Shown here: piece after piece, positions 51,961 to 62,675 of the stretch
Numbering within the stretch: the stretch's first letter is position 1
Layout: the number at the start of each line of letters is the position of its first letter
From: Octopus sinensis
Taxonomy: Eukaryota
Assembly: GCF_006345805.1 (NCBI RefSeq)
Contig: NC_043009.1
Span: 63,922,001 to 63,986,000, forward strand
Length of the DNA stretch: 64,000 nt
Reading direction: 5' to 3'
The notes under the pieces: model-generated
Seen by the model: only the letters and a program-made list of their open reading frames with translations
Databases searched by the model: none
Told to the model about the DNA's origin: nothing
Position numbers and translations under genes: made by a program

Positions 51961-52006
51961 AACACTTGAAGAAGGCTGGAAGGTATATCAGCCGAAATGT
52001 TGTGTT
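51961..52006 (+). ncRNA. Hammerhead ribozyme copy, core mutated (C3U; ACGT to ATGT)
   Basis: AACAC-TTGAAGA-A-GGCTG...CAGCC-GAAATGTT-GTGTT. Confidence 0.58.
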
Positions 52007-52652
52007 AACAACAAACATGATGAGGACAAATATCCGTCAAATGTAAGTAATAAAGCGGACGCTAAATGATGATGAATTAAACAGTGATGTGGTGTGGGTG
52101 TAAGCAGACCGCTCTGTATGAGATGATGATGATGATCTGAATGTTGAACTTTCATATTCAATTGACAGAGAGGTATCGAGCTACTTTCTTATTTCAGTGA
52201 AAATGGAATTATAGTCATTCTTTTATTTCTTCTGTTGAGCAAAGTAAATTCTTTGTGCACTGATTAAATTACTTTTTACACTAGGAGGAATTTCTGTTAG
52301 ATTTTGAGAGTCATGGATGGGCTGGTTGCATGGTTTTGTGTGCTCAAGCGATATAGAATGTCAGAAAAAAAAAAGCAATATAATTAGCTCTCCCATCTAT
52401 TTACTGTTGAACATTAACAGAACCAATGTCTGATCTGTTACGAGTTGAAAAGATTTACCTGGGATGTACTGCCACCACCTTTGAAGGGTTTCAAAGATCA
52501 TGTATGCTTCCTTTCCAATCAAAGAATGTTTTCTTCCATGCTTTGCTCAAAGGTCTTGACAAGAATGTCTCAGGCCAGCCATTCTGATTGCGTGTGGTGG
52601 CTTTAACTCAGGAAGATTGTGCTCGGTTGTAATCATTACAGTGTCACCAATC

Positions 52653-52796
52653 TCTTGCTTTTAAGGTCCTGCATTCACTGAAGTCCCCAGTGAGAATTCT
52701 TGGGTCTGGACGAGTGAATTCATTTTCTTCTCTGTAGTCCACACTAGGGGTAATTCCGCTTAAAACTGTCAGTGAATGCAAGTCCTTAAAGCAAGA
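52653..52796. other. Inverted-repeat hairpin (RPS3 intron 2)
   Basis: TCTTGCTTTTAAGGTCCTGCATTCACTGA versus TCAGTGAATGCAAGTCCTTAAAGCAAGA, with inner complementary segments. Confidence 0.8.
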
Positions 52797-53404
52797 TAGC
52801 AATTTCACATTTCAGCACAAGGCCTGCAACTTCATCCCCAGTACTGAACTGGTACTTATTTTATCAACCCTAAAAGGATGAAAGCTGAAGTCAACCTCAG
52901 CAGCAGCATTTGAACTCACAACATAGACACAAAATGCTATGAAGCATTTTGCCCAGCACTGTAATGATTCTTATAAGGGGCTAAACACAGTGGGGGTGGG
53001 GGGTACAAACAAGGACAGACAAAGGGATTAAGTCAAGTACATTGACCCCAGTACATAACTGGTACTTAATTTATCAACCCCGAAAGAATGAAAAGCAAAG
53101 TCGACCTCAGTAGAATTTGAACTCAGAACGTAGCGGCAGACGGAATGCCACTAAGCATTTCGCCCGGCGTGCTAACATTTCTGGCAGCTTGCCGCCTTAC
53201 CTTAAATCAAGATATTTTGCCATCGTTCCATAGACATTGTAGAATATGCATCAAAAGAGTGAAATATTTTGGACAATATTTCCCTTAATGTATCAAATAT
53301 GTTCACATTTCTTCATCTGAGTGCAGTTTGTAGTCTTTTACTAACATGAGCTGTGGAAATAGTAGTAGTAATAAAGCTAACCTCAATTTTATTTTTTGTT
53401 GCAG

Positions 53405-53499
53405 CTGTATGCTGAAAAAGTGGCCACCCGTGGTTTGTGTGCCATAGCTCAATGTGAATCATTACGATACAAATTAATCGGTCAGCTACCAGTAAGAAG
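53405..53499 (+). CDS. RPS3: RPS3 exon 3
   Basis: TTGCAG|CTGTAT...AGAAG|GTGAGT; 95 nt; [31 protein letters not shown]. Confidence 0.97.
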
Positions 53500-53573
53500 G
53501 TGAGTAGTAGTAGTAGTAGAAGTGGTGTTTATATTCTGTCCAAATATATACGTCATTGTGATGGTGGTGTTGA

Positions 53574-53861
<288 letters not shown>

Positions 53862-53979
53862 TGAAGTACTTTTTGATGATGATGTCTTTTCATTCCATGT
53901 TTCTCCTCTCCACCATTCTATAAATAAACACTGTCTTCTAATATAATATTATATTTTCTTCTTCTCCCTCTGCTACCAG

Positions 53980-54164
53980 GTGTGTTGGGAATCAAAGTGA
54001 AGATTATGTTACCATTTGATCCCAATGGCAAGATCGGACCCAAACGTCCTCTACCAGATCATGTTAGTATTGTTGAACCAAAAGAAGAAGTCATAGTACA
54101 GACCCCCTACAGTGAACACAAAGGAGTCAAACCCCCTGCAGAGGCTCCCCCAGTTGCAACATAA
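53980..54164 (+). CDS. RPS3: RPS3 exon 5 (coding part, stop)
   Basis: TACCAG|GTGTGT; [37 protein letters not shown]...PVAT-TAA; total CDS 726 nt, 241 aa. Confidence 0.97.
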
Positions 54165-54267
54165 AAGTCAGTCTCTTCATTTCCTTCTTTACTTTTATCT
54201 TCTCATTTGTATTTTCTGACATTCATTACAATATTGTGACTGATGTGTATTTTCTTGTCTCTTCCAG

Positions 54268-54325
54268 GTGGGCTCTAATAGCTGATTTTATGGACAAATA
54301 AACGATTTGGAAGAGTTTAAAATGT
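54268..54325 (+). other. RPS3: Probable non-coding terminal exon of RPS3 with polyadenylation signal
   Basis: Donor AA|GTCAGT at 54167, 2 nt after the stop; pyrimidine-rich acceptor TTTTCTTGTCTCTTCCAG ending 54267; AATAAA at 54297-54302. The 3' end is approximate. Confidence 0.7.
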
Positions 54326-55215
54326 CTTCTGTTGTTTATTAATTGCTAATTAGTCGTTATAACATGTTATTTGCTTGATATTACCATGTTATCATCGTTG
54401 TCTTAACATCTTAACATGGGTTTATTGAGGCAGATTTTTCTACAGCTGGACACCCTTCCTGTCATCAACCCTCACCTGTTTTGCAAGCAAAGTAGTATTT
54501 CCTCATAGCCAGACGTTTTGGAAATGAATTACAGTGACACTCATCTACAACTATCACATGATGCCAAGAGGGGCACTACATCGATTAAGACAACGAGGGT
54601 TCCAGTTGATTCAGTCAACAGAACAGCCTGCTCATTAAATTAACCTACAGGTAACTGACCCTTCCCCAGACACATGTGCCCTTAATGTAGTTCCCAGGGT
54701 GATTCAGTTTGACACAGAAAGTGACAAGGCTGCTCTCACCTTTGAATTACAAGTACAACTCGTTTTTGCCAGCAGAGTGGACTGGAGCAACGTGGAATAA
54801 AGTGTTTTGCTCGGGGGCATCACACCTCACCAGGTATTGAACTGATAACCTTAACATCATGAGCCACACACCCCTAACCACTAAGCCATGTGCTTTCCAT
54901 TGACGCCAAGACGCATATATACACACTCATTCACACATGTATACAGACATATATATATATATATATACGACAGGCTTCTTTCTACCGAATCCACTCTCAA
55001 GGCTTACGACTTCATTACTGAGAAGCAACCAAGACATTAAACATTGTCCAAATATTTGGGAGAAATCTATTCTTGCATGGGAAAATGGATGTAAACAAGC
55101 ACAGACCCATTCACAATCTCAGTTCAAGCTAGAGTGCCACTTATATATTTAGGGATACTGTTGAACAAACTGCCTTGAAGTTCACCAAACTTTCATTATG
55201 AAACTTCTCACAATG

Positions 55216-55540
55216 TATTGGGTTGTCTGGAAAGTTTGTGCCGATTTATATTATAGTAGCTTACCTTTCGACTTATTTTAGTACATGGTTGAGTCCGTAA
55301 AATAGGATTTGACTACACCTCCATTTAGAGCACAGTTTAAGCTATCCTTTCGTGGAAGAAGGTTTATGTTCCTATAACCTGTGTTAATTTTGTAACCCTT
55401 TAAAATGGAAGATAAGAAAGTTAATTTTCGGCACTTGATGCTTTGGGAACCAGACAAAAATTGCTGTAGCTTGACTGGGATGTGTTACCTCCACCCTCCA
55501 TATTCACCAGATTTTGCTCCTTTGGATTTCCACTTATTCC
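55216..55540 (+). mobile_element. Second copy of the same deleted mariner, 3' truncated
   Basis: Same left TIR and same deletion junction; retains a frameshifted HPPYSPDFAP motif. Confidence 0.85.
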
Positions 55541-55561
55541 TAATAATATTGATGATGATAG

Positions 55562-55691
55562 CGAAAAGTACCTTAGGAATGAGAACCCAGGTTCGAAATT
55601 TCCCCAAGACATCTGATGAAGGCTGGAGGGTATATCAACCGAAACATGTTAACAAACAAGATGAGGACAAATATCCGTCAAATGTAAATAA
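55562..55691 (+). mobile_element. Headless copy of the hammerhead element, at the point where a mariner remnant ends
   Basis: Same body sequence; CTGATGA at 55613-55619 is kept but stem I is lost through a small deletion. Confidence 0.75.
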
Positions 55692-55763
55692 AATAGGTGT
55701 GGTTGTGAAAATAGAAAATGCTTGAGAAATAAAATGAACTTAACTATTTAAAACCTGAAACAT

Positions 55764-57205
55764 TCATCATCATCATTGTTTAACGTCCGCTTTCCATGCT
55801 AACATGGGTTGGATGATTTGACTGAGGTCTGGCGAACCAGATGGCTGCACTGGACTCCAATCTGATCTGGCATAGTTTCTACAGCTGGATGCTCTTCCTA
55901 ACACCAACTACTTCGAGAGTGTAGTGGGTGCTTTTACATGCCACTGGCACGAGGGCCAGTCAGGTGGTGCTGGCAACGGCCACGCTCAAATGGTGCTTTT
56001 TATGTACCATCGGCACAGAGGCCAGCTTGTTGCTCTGGCAATGATCACGTTTGTATGGTACTCTTAGCGCTCGGCTAGCACAGATGCCAGTCATTGAATT
56101 TGATTTTGATTTCACTTGCCTCAGCAGGTCTTCGCAAGCAGAGTTTAGTGTCCAATGAAAGAAAGGTATGCATAAGTGAGCTGGTTACATCCCTGTCATA
56201 GGCCACAAGGTTATGGTCTCACTTGAGCTTGCCGGATCTTCTCAAGCACAGCGTTTTTCCAAAGGTTCCAGTCACTAGTCATTGCCTCGGTGAGGCTCAA
56301 TGTTTGAAGGTCCTGCTTCACCTCATCCTAGATCTTCCTGGGTCTACCTCTTCCACAGGTTCCCTCAACCACTAGGGTGTGGCACTTTTTCACACAGTTA
56401 TTCTCGCCACATGGCCATACCAGCGCGGTCATCTCTCTTGCACAACACATCTGATGCTTGTTAGGTCCAACTTTTCTCTCAAGGTAACACTCTGTTGAGT
56501 ATGCACACTGACATTACACATCTATTGGAGCATACTGACTTAATTCCTTGCTAGCTTACACATATCCTCAGCAGTCACGGCCCATGTTTCACTGCCATGT
56601 AGCATGGCTGTTTGTACACATGCGTCGTATAGTCTACCTTTTACTCTGAGTGAGAAGCCCTTTGTCACCAGCAGAGGTAAGAGCTCTCTGAACTTAGCCC
56701 AGGGTATTCTTATTCTAGCAGCTACACTTTCAGCGCACCCTCCCCCACTACTGACTTGGTCACCTAGGTAACGGAAGCTATCAACTACTTCTAGTTTTTC
56801 TCCCTGGAATGTGGCGGAAGTTGTTCTCTGCACATTTTCAGTGTTTATTGCTCCTGGGCATCTGCCACATACAAAAACTATCTTCCCATTTAGCCTTCCT
56901 TTGATATTACTGCACCATAGCTTACACTGGGTACATCTTATAGAGTTTCTACCTTTGCCTCTACTACTGAAGGGATTTGTGGTTTGCCTGCCTTCCTACT
57001 TATTAGGACTTTGGTTTTAGCTGGGTTGATTCTAATCCTTGTTTCCACACTTGAAACTTCTTTTCTAGTTCTGATAGTGACTCAACAATTAGAGCAAGGT
57101 CGTCAGTATAGAGGAGCATCCTGTATTGAACTCCTCTGTTATTGCCTGAGGACTATGATAAATAGGAGGGGGCTGAGTACTGAACCTTGGTGGACCCCTA
57201 CCTCT
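55764..57205 (-). mobile_element. 5'-truncated RTE-clade LINE
   Basis: GVHQGSVLSPLLF, LLYTDDL, EKLEVVDSFRYLG, YDACVQTAMLHGSETW; (GAT)n tail at 55764. Confidence 0.9.
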
Positions 57206-57711
57206 AACGACCAAATTATCCAGTCATTAAAAGATAAAGGTGTTACAACATCCATTGGAAGATCTTAAGCCAAGTGTAAGCCCTGCACCAACGGCAGTGG
57301 AAAGTGCAGTCTATGTGATATGGAAAGATGGCTCATCTGGGAAAGCAGCTTAGACTCCACTACATGTCTGATTTCAAGAACTGAACTTTTCGGATCATGC
57401 CCAGATGTGGCCAAATATTTGTTACGTTTTTGGCCCCCCTGAGACTACAGATAGAACTTCCTATATTGTGTCCACGCACAAGCTTTTTATCTCTTTATAC
57501 TTTTTACTTATATTTCTTATATATTTTTTTTATACATATATTTCTTACATATTTATAGAGATATTGGTTTATAGGTTTACTGCTTATATATTTTTTACAC
57601 ATAATTTTTCTGTATTCTACCTTCCACCCTGCATTTTTCCCTGTGCATATATAGATGTGTATATGGATTCTTTTGTGCGGGTATGTGTGTATATAGACAT
57701 GGTTTACTCAG

Positions 57712-58578
57712 TGTCTTTATACATTGACTCTGAGGCCTTTTGATTCTAAACCTAGCTTTCACACACGAAATTTCTTTTCTAGTTCTGGCAGAGCCAGGTC
57801 ATCAGCATAGAGGAGCTCCCAGGGGCAACCCATCTTGAATTCCTGTTATTGCCTGGATGACTACGATGAATAAAAGGGGACTGAGGGTTGAACCTTGGAT
57901 GGACCCCTACTTCTACCCAGAATTCTTCACATTGCCAATCCTAACCTTACTAACGGCTTCTCTGTAAAGGGCTTGTACAGCCCTTATTAACCATTTGTCA
58001 ATCTCCAGTTCCTGCATCGCCCACAAGATAAGGAAACGGGGGACCCTGTCAAAGGCTTTCTCCAAGTCCACAAAAGCTAAGTATATGGGTTTATCTTTAG
58101 CTAGGTATTTTTTCAGCAATTGTCGAACCAGGAATATGGCATCAGTGGTGCTTCTGCCTGGCACAAAACCGAACTGCATCTCATCTAAGCAGACTCTTTT
58201 CCCTGATCAGATGGGCTATGACCCTCATCACCTGATCCAGCAGTTTGATACCCCTGTAGTATTTCTATCTAGAGCATCACATTTACCCTTGTAGCAGTTG
58301 ACTATGGTGCTGCTACACCAGTCATTGGGTATGACTCCATCATGAACTACCTGGTTTACAATGCGGGTGACTAGGCCGTAGCCCACATCACCAGATATTT
58401 TAAGCATCTCAGCAGTGATTCCCGATGGGCTGGGGGCTTTTCCTGGCTTCATACCTTTAATTGCTCTATCTATTAGGGAGCTGTCTATTCGGATAGATGG
58501 TCTCACTACTGGGTCAATATTTGGCAGGCTCTCCTCCCATTCATTCTCCACATTCAGGAGTCTTTCATAATGGCTTCT
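57712..58578 (-). pseudogene. Internal RTE reverse-transcriptase fragment
   Basis: WRSHYERLLNVEN, YKGKCDALDR, QFGFVPGRSTTDAIF, LLYADDL; frameshifted; abuts a SINE at 58578. Confidence 0.88.
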
Positions 58579-59384
58579 CCAAGCCTTGTGAGTGGATTTG
58601 GTAGACGGAAACTGAAAGAAGCCTGCGTGTGTATGTATAAATATATGTGTGTGTCTGTGTTTGTCCCCCCAACATCGTTTAACAACCGATGCTGGTGTGT
58701 TTACGTTCCCGTAACTTAGCGGTTCGGCAAAAGAGACCGATAGAATAAGTACTAGGCTTACAAAGAATAAGGCATGGGGTCGATTTGCTTGACTAAAAGG
58801 TGGTGCTCCAGCATGGCCACAGTCAAATGACTGAAACAAGTAAAAGAGTATGAGATGAGACAGATTCGATTGGTATAACTTGAGACAAATTTCAGTTATT
58901 TCTAGCAAATCTTACAAGTACGTAGAGGCTCCATTGCTCCCACGTCGTTGTTTAGGCCAAGAAAACCCATGGCTGAACAGCTCTGACTATTCAGTGCTAG
59001 TCAAGGCGAAAGTGAGAATATGTACACCCGGTGTTTAGGGTTAGGGTTTTCGTTACGCCCAAAACGGGGGCCAAACAAGGACAGACATAGGTATTAAGTC
59101 GATTACATCGACTCCAGTGCGTAACTGGTACTTAATTTATCGACCCCGAAAGGATGAAAGGCAAAGTCGACCTCGGCGGAATTTGAACTCAGAACGTAGC
59201 GACAGACGAAATACCGCAAGGCATTTTGCCCGGCATGCTAACGGTTCTGCCATCTCGCGTACAAGGTGGTGTACGTACCTTTTACCACCGCCGGTGGGCA
59301 ATACATGGTCGTTAACAGAATAAGTACGAAACTATGTGTAATAATTGATCTCTAAATGTATCTTTATTTTGGTTTTATTCGGAT

Positions 59385-59485
59385 TCTGTTACTTCCGCCT
59401 GGCATCGACCAAAACCGTTTCTGGCGAAGAACTTTGTCGCATGTTAATCGAAATTAGCAAAGAAAATATAAAGTAAAACGGAAAA
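59385..59485 (+). promoter_or_regulatory. Probable promoter and non-coding first exon of the zinc-finger gene
   Basis: CpG-rich island with ACTTCCGCC (ETS-like); donor AAA|GTAAGT at 59486; matching acceptor TTATTATTTCAG ending 61096. Confidence 0.5.
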
Positions 59486-61493
59486 GTAAGTATTTATAGT
59501 GTTTAAATCGATATTAAATATTTTCAAGACCGATCTTCGGAATATGACTGTCTTTTCTCTGTGGGGAATGAAAAGAAGCAAAGAATTGGGAGGGTTTTTC
59601 TTCCCCTTCATGAATCTAATTTATTACGATTGTCCGCCAAAATTTCCATCAGAATCGTAATTTCCTTTGTATCAAACAACAGAAATATTACCAAAAAATA
59701 GGGTGGCTTTCGTCACTAATAAAAAGAATTCCTCAGATTTTATTTTTCGTTCTTTTGGGGTATTTTCACCATTTTATAGAATTTCACCTCACAAAACAGA
59801 TGTCGATCGCCTTCCTAAAACAGAAAAAAAGAAAAGAATTCAGTATCTTTACTTTTTGAATTGTCTCGGTCTTTCTCTCCCTCTCAATAGCTGCCACGAT
59901 TCACATGAATTAATTTTCTTTCCAATTTCCCGTCTCTTCTGAAATATTTTCAAGTCACATTAGAATTAAAATAAACAAACTACCAACTGCACCTCACATT
60001 TCATCGCGCCTTTCACGATCTATCGTATATACTTGAGTAACAGTTAATCTCAATTTAAAAGATGACTGCTTATCTTTGGCCCAAAAATTGCGCATTTTCT
60101 ATAGCCCCCGTATAAAAGTGGACCCTAGTACTTCACGGACAACGGGACCACATTTGTGGATTAAGGCATAGTATTATCCTGTACGTAGAAATAACACTGT
60201 TACAAAATTGTGTGGCTACCTTACTGTAGCCTGCTCTATGGCTGGAATGCTCGGTGCTTAAAGTAAAACGCGATTTAATAGCGAGCACTACACATTTGTT
60301 GATGGGTGCTGCATCACCATTACTAAAATGAATGCACAGGATATGCTGCAAGCGTGCATACATCTTTAAGCCAAATAAACACATGCGTCATACACTCGTT
60401 GTTTACACGGTGTGAAACTTGTCTCACAGACAGGACTATCGGCAAACACCACAAAAGGGTTTGTATCAGGAAAATCAGAGCCCCAAAATTTTGACAGCAT
60501 GGAAAAGCTGACATGAAAATGTTGATATATCAACTTCTCTAGTATGTGGGTTTTTGTTTTCTCTTTTACGTCTTAATGTCCAAGGGGTCAGACAGAATTG
60601 AGGCAGATTTTGTATTGTCTGCAACCTTCATTTGTTTCCAAGTAAAGTAATGCTGTCCTTTTACTAGTCATGTTCACTAGAGTCTGAAAGCAAATGACAC
60701 TTCTTGCTTCCAAACATGAAGGCAAGGATCAGTTATCTTTTTAGGATATGATGTATTGTTAAAATATATTTCTCTGCTCTGTTATCATCATCATCATTTA
60801 GCATCCGCTTTCCATGCTAGCATGGGTTGGATGGTTCAACTGGGGTCTGGGAAGCCAGAAGGCTGCACCATGCCCAGTCTGGTCCGGCAATATTTCTACG
60901 GCTGGATGCCCTTCCAAATGCCAACCACTCCGTGAGTGTAGTGGGTGCTTTTTACGTGCCAGACGGGGCTGGCAAACGGCCACAGTCGGATGGTGCTTTT
61001 TACGTCACTTCTACAATTTATAAGTATAGTAATGAAATTAAATTTATGCTGTTTATTTATCCTTGAAATCTTATACTGTTTTCCTTATTATTTCAGAATC
61101 AGAGATGAAGCTGGCATAAACATTTTTGTTTTTTATACAAGAGAAGCATCATCAATATTTATCATCTTTTAAGGACAAACGATGTTTTGCTGAACAAATA
61201 TAACTATTTTCACATAAATTTAATAAATTATATTGAACGATTTCCTCTGGGTAAGATTACTAACAACATTTGTGTAGGCCGTTCGCTTGAATGAGTACAA
61301 TGCAATTCTGCATTTTAAATATATTCAGATAAATTAATGAAGCACTTTGCATCCAGATGATGGACACACAGCAGAAGAAAATTTATTAGAAATAAATTAT
61401 AGAAAGGAAAGCAGCAAACATAATATATTTTGGCGAGAGAAGAAAAATTATTATTCAGTGAGTTAAGCAACTGTTATTGTTTGCTCTGAAAAG

Positions 61494-62675
61494 ATGGCAA
61501 AAAGCTTGTCAAAGTCTTCATCTGAGTGTGATATCTGTAAAAAGTCATTCAGTTCAAGAGGTAATCTAACAACACATATGCGTATTCATACAGGAGAGAA
61601 ACCATATCACTGTGATATCTGTGGTAAAAGGTTCTCTAGAAAAGATGAATTAACTATTCATAGACGTGTTCATACAGGAGAGAAACCATATCAGTGTGAT
61701 ATCTGTGGCCAATCATTCACTCGTAAAGATATTTTAACTACACATAAACGTATTCACACAGGAGAGAAACCTTATCAGTGTGATATGTGTAGTAAATCAT
61801 TCTCTACGATTACTAACTTAACTGATCATAAACGCATTCATACTGGAGAAAGACCATATCATTGTAATTTCTGTGGTAAATCATTCAATCAAAATAATCA
61901 GCTAACTAAACACAAACGTATTCATACAGGGGAAAAGCCATATCACTGTGATATCTGTGACAAATCATTCTCTCGAAATGATGAGTTAACTACACACAAG
62001 CTCAGTCATACAGGAGAGAAACCTTATAGGTGTGATATCTGTGGTAAATCATACTTTGTAAATAATGCTTTGACTGTACACAAACGTATTCATACTGGAG
62101 AAAAACGATTTATTTGTGATATTTGTGGTAAAGCATTTGTTGGAAGTAATGATTTAAAGGGACATAAACGAATTCATACAGGAGAAAAACCATATCACTG
62201 TGATATCTGTGGTAAATCATTCCCTCGAAGTCATAGTTTGCGTAGTCACATACGTATTCATACTGGAGAAAAACCATATCATTGTGATATCTGCGGTAAA
62301 TCATTCACTCAAAGTACTGCTGTAACTGTACACAAACGTGTTCATACCGGAGAAAAGCCTCGTATTCGTGGTAAAGCATTTTCACAAAGACCTGCTGTGA
62401 CTGTACACAAGCCTATTCATACAAAAGAAAAGCCATATCACTGTGATGTCTGTGGTAAATCATTCACTCGAAATGATTCTTTGACTGATCACAAACGTAT
62501 TCATACTGGAGAAAGGCCATATCAGTGTGATATCTGTGGTAAATCATTCTCTTACAGAAATGTATTAACTCAGCACAAACGTGTTCATATGCGAGAAAAG
62601 CCATATTGTAATAGCTGTGGTAATTTATTCTCTCAACAGGATGATTTAGCTAAACATGTCTGTATTCTTCCATGA
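61494..62675 (+). CDS. Tandem C2H2 (Kruppel-type) zinc-finger protein, 393 aa
   Basis: Uninterrupted ORF with 12 canonical CxxC-x12-HxxxH fingers joined mostly by TGEKP-type linkers, plus 2 degenerate fingers; no KRAB/SCAN/BTB domain visible. Large C2H2 expansions are established for coleoids. Confidence 0.95.
   Translation: MAKSLSKSSSECDICKKSFSSRGNLTTHMRIHTGEKPYHCDICGKRFSRKDELTIHRRVHTGEKPYQCDICGQSFTRKDILTTHKRIHTGEKPYQCDMCSKSFSTITNLTDHKRIHTGERPYHCNFCGKSFNQNNQLTKHKRIHTGEKPYHCDICDKSFSRNDELTTHKLSHTGEKPYRCDICGKSYFVNNALTVHKRIHTGEKRFICDICGKAFVGSNDLKGHKRIHTGEKPYHCDICGKSFPRSHSLRSHIRIHTGEKPYHCDICGKSFTQSTAVTVHKRVHTGEKPRIRGKAFSQRPAVTVHKPIHTKEKPYHCDVCGKSFTRNDSLTDHKRIHTGERPYQCDICGKSFSYRNVLTQHKRVHMREKPYCNSCGNLFSQQDDLAKHVCILP

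Larger units (their letters stand above)
51562..52051. mobile_element. Head-to-head dimer of the same tRNA-headed hammerhead element (RPS3 intron 2)
   Basis: Minus copy 51562-51825 and plus copy 51820-52051 share the palindrome CATATG (51820-51825); A box TGGCATAGTGG, B box GAGTTCGATTCC. Confidence 0.8.

Noticed and set aside
59034-59047. Telomere-like TTTAGGGTTAGGG
   Set aside because: Only two units; expected by chance.
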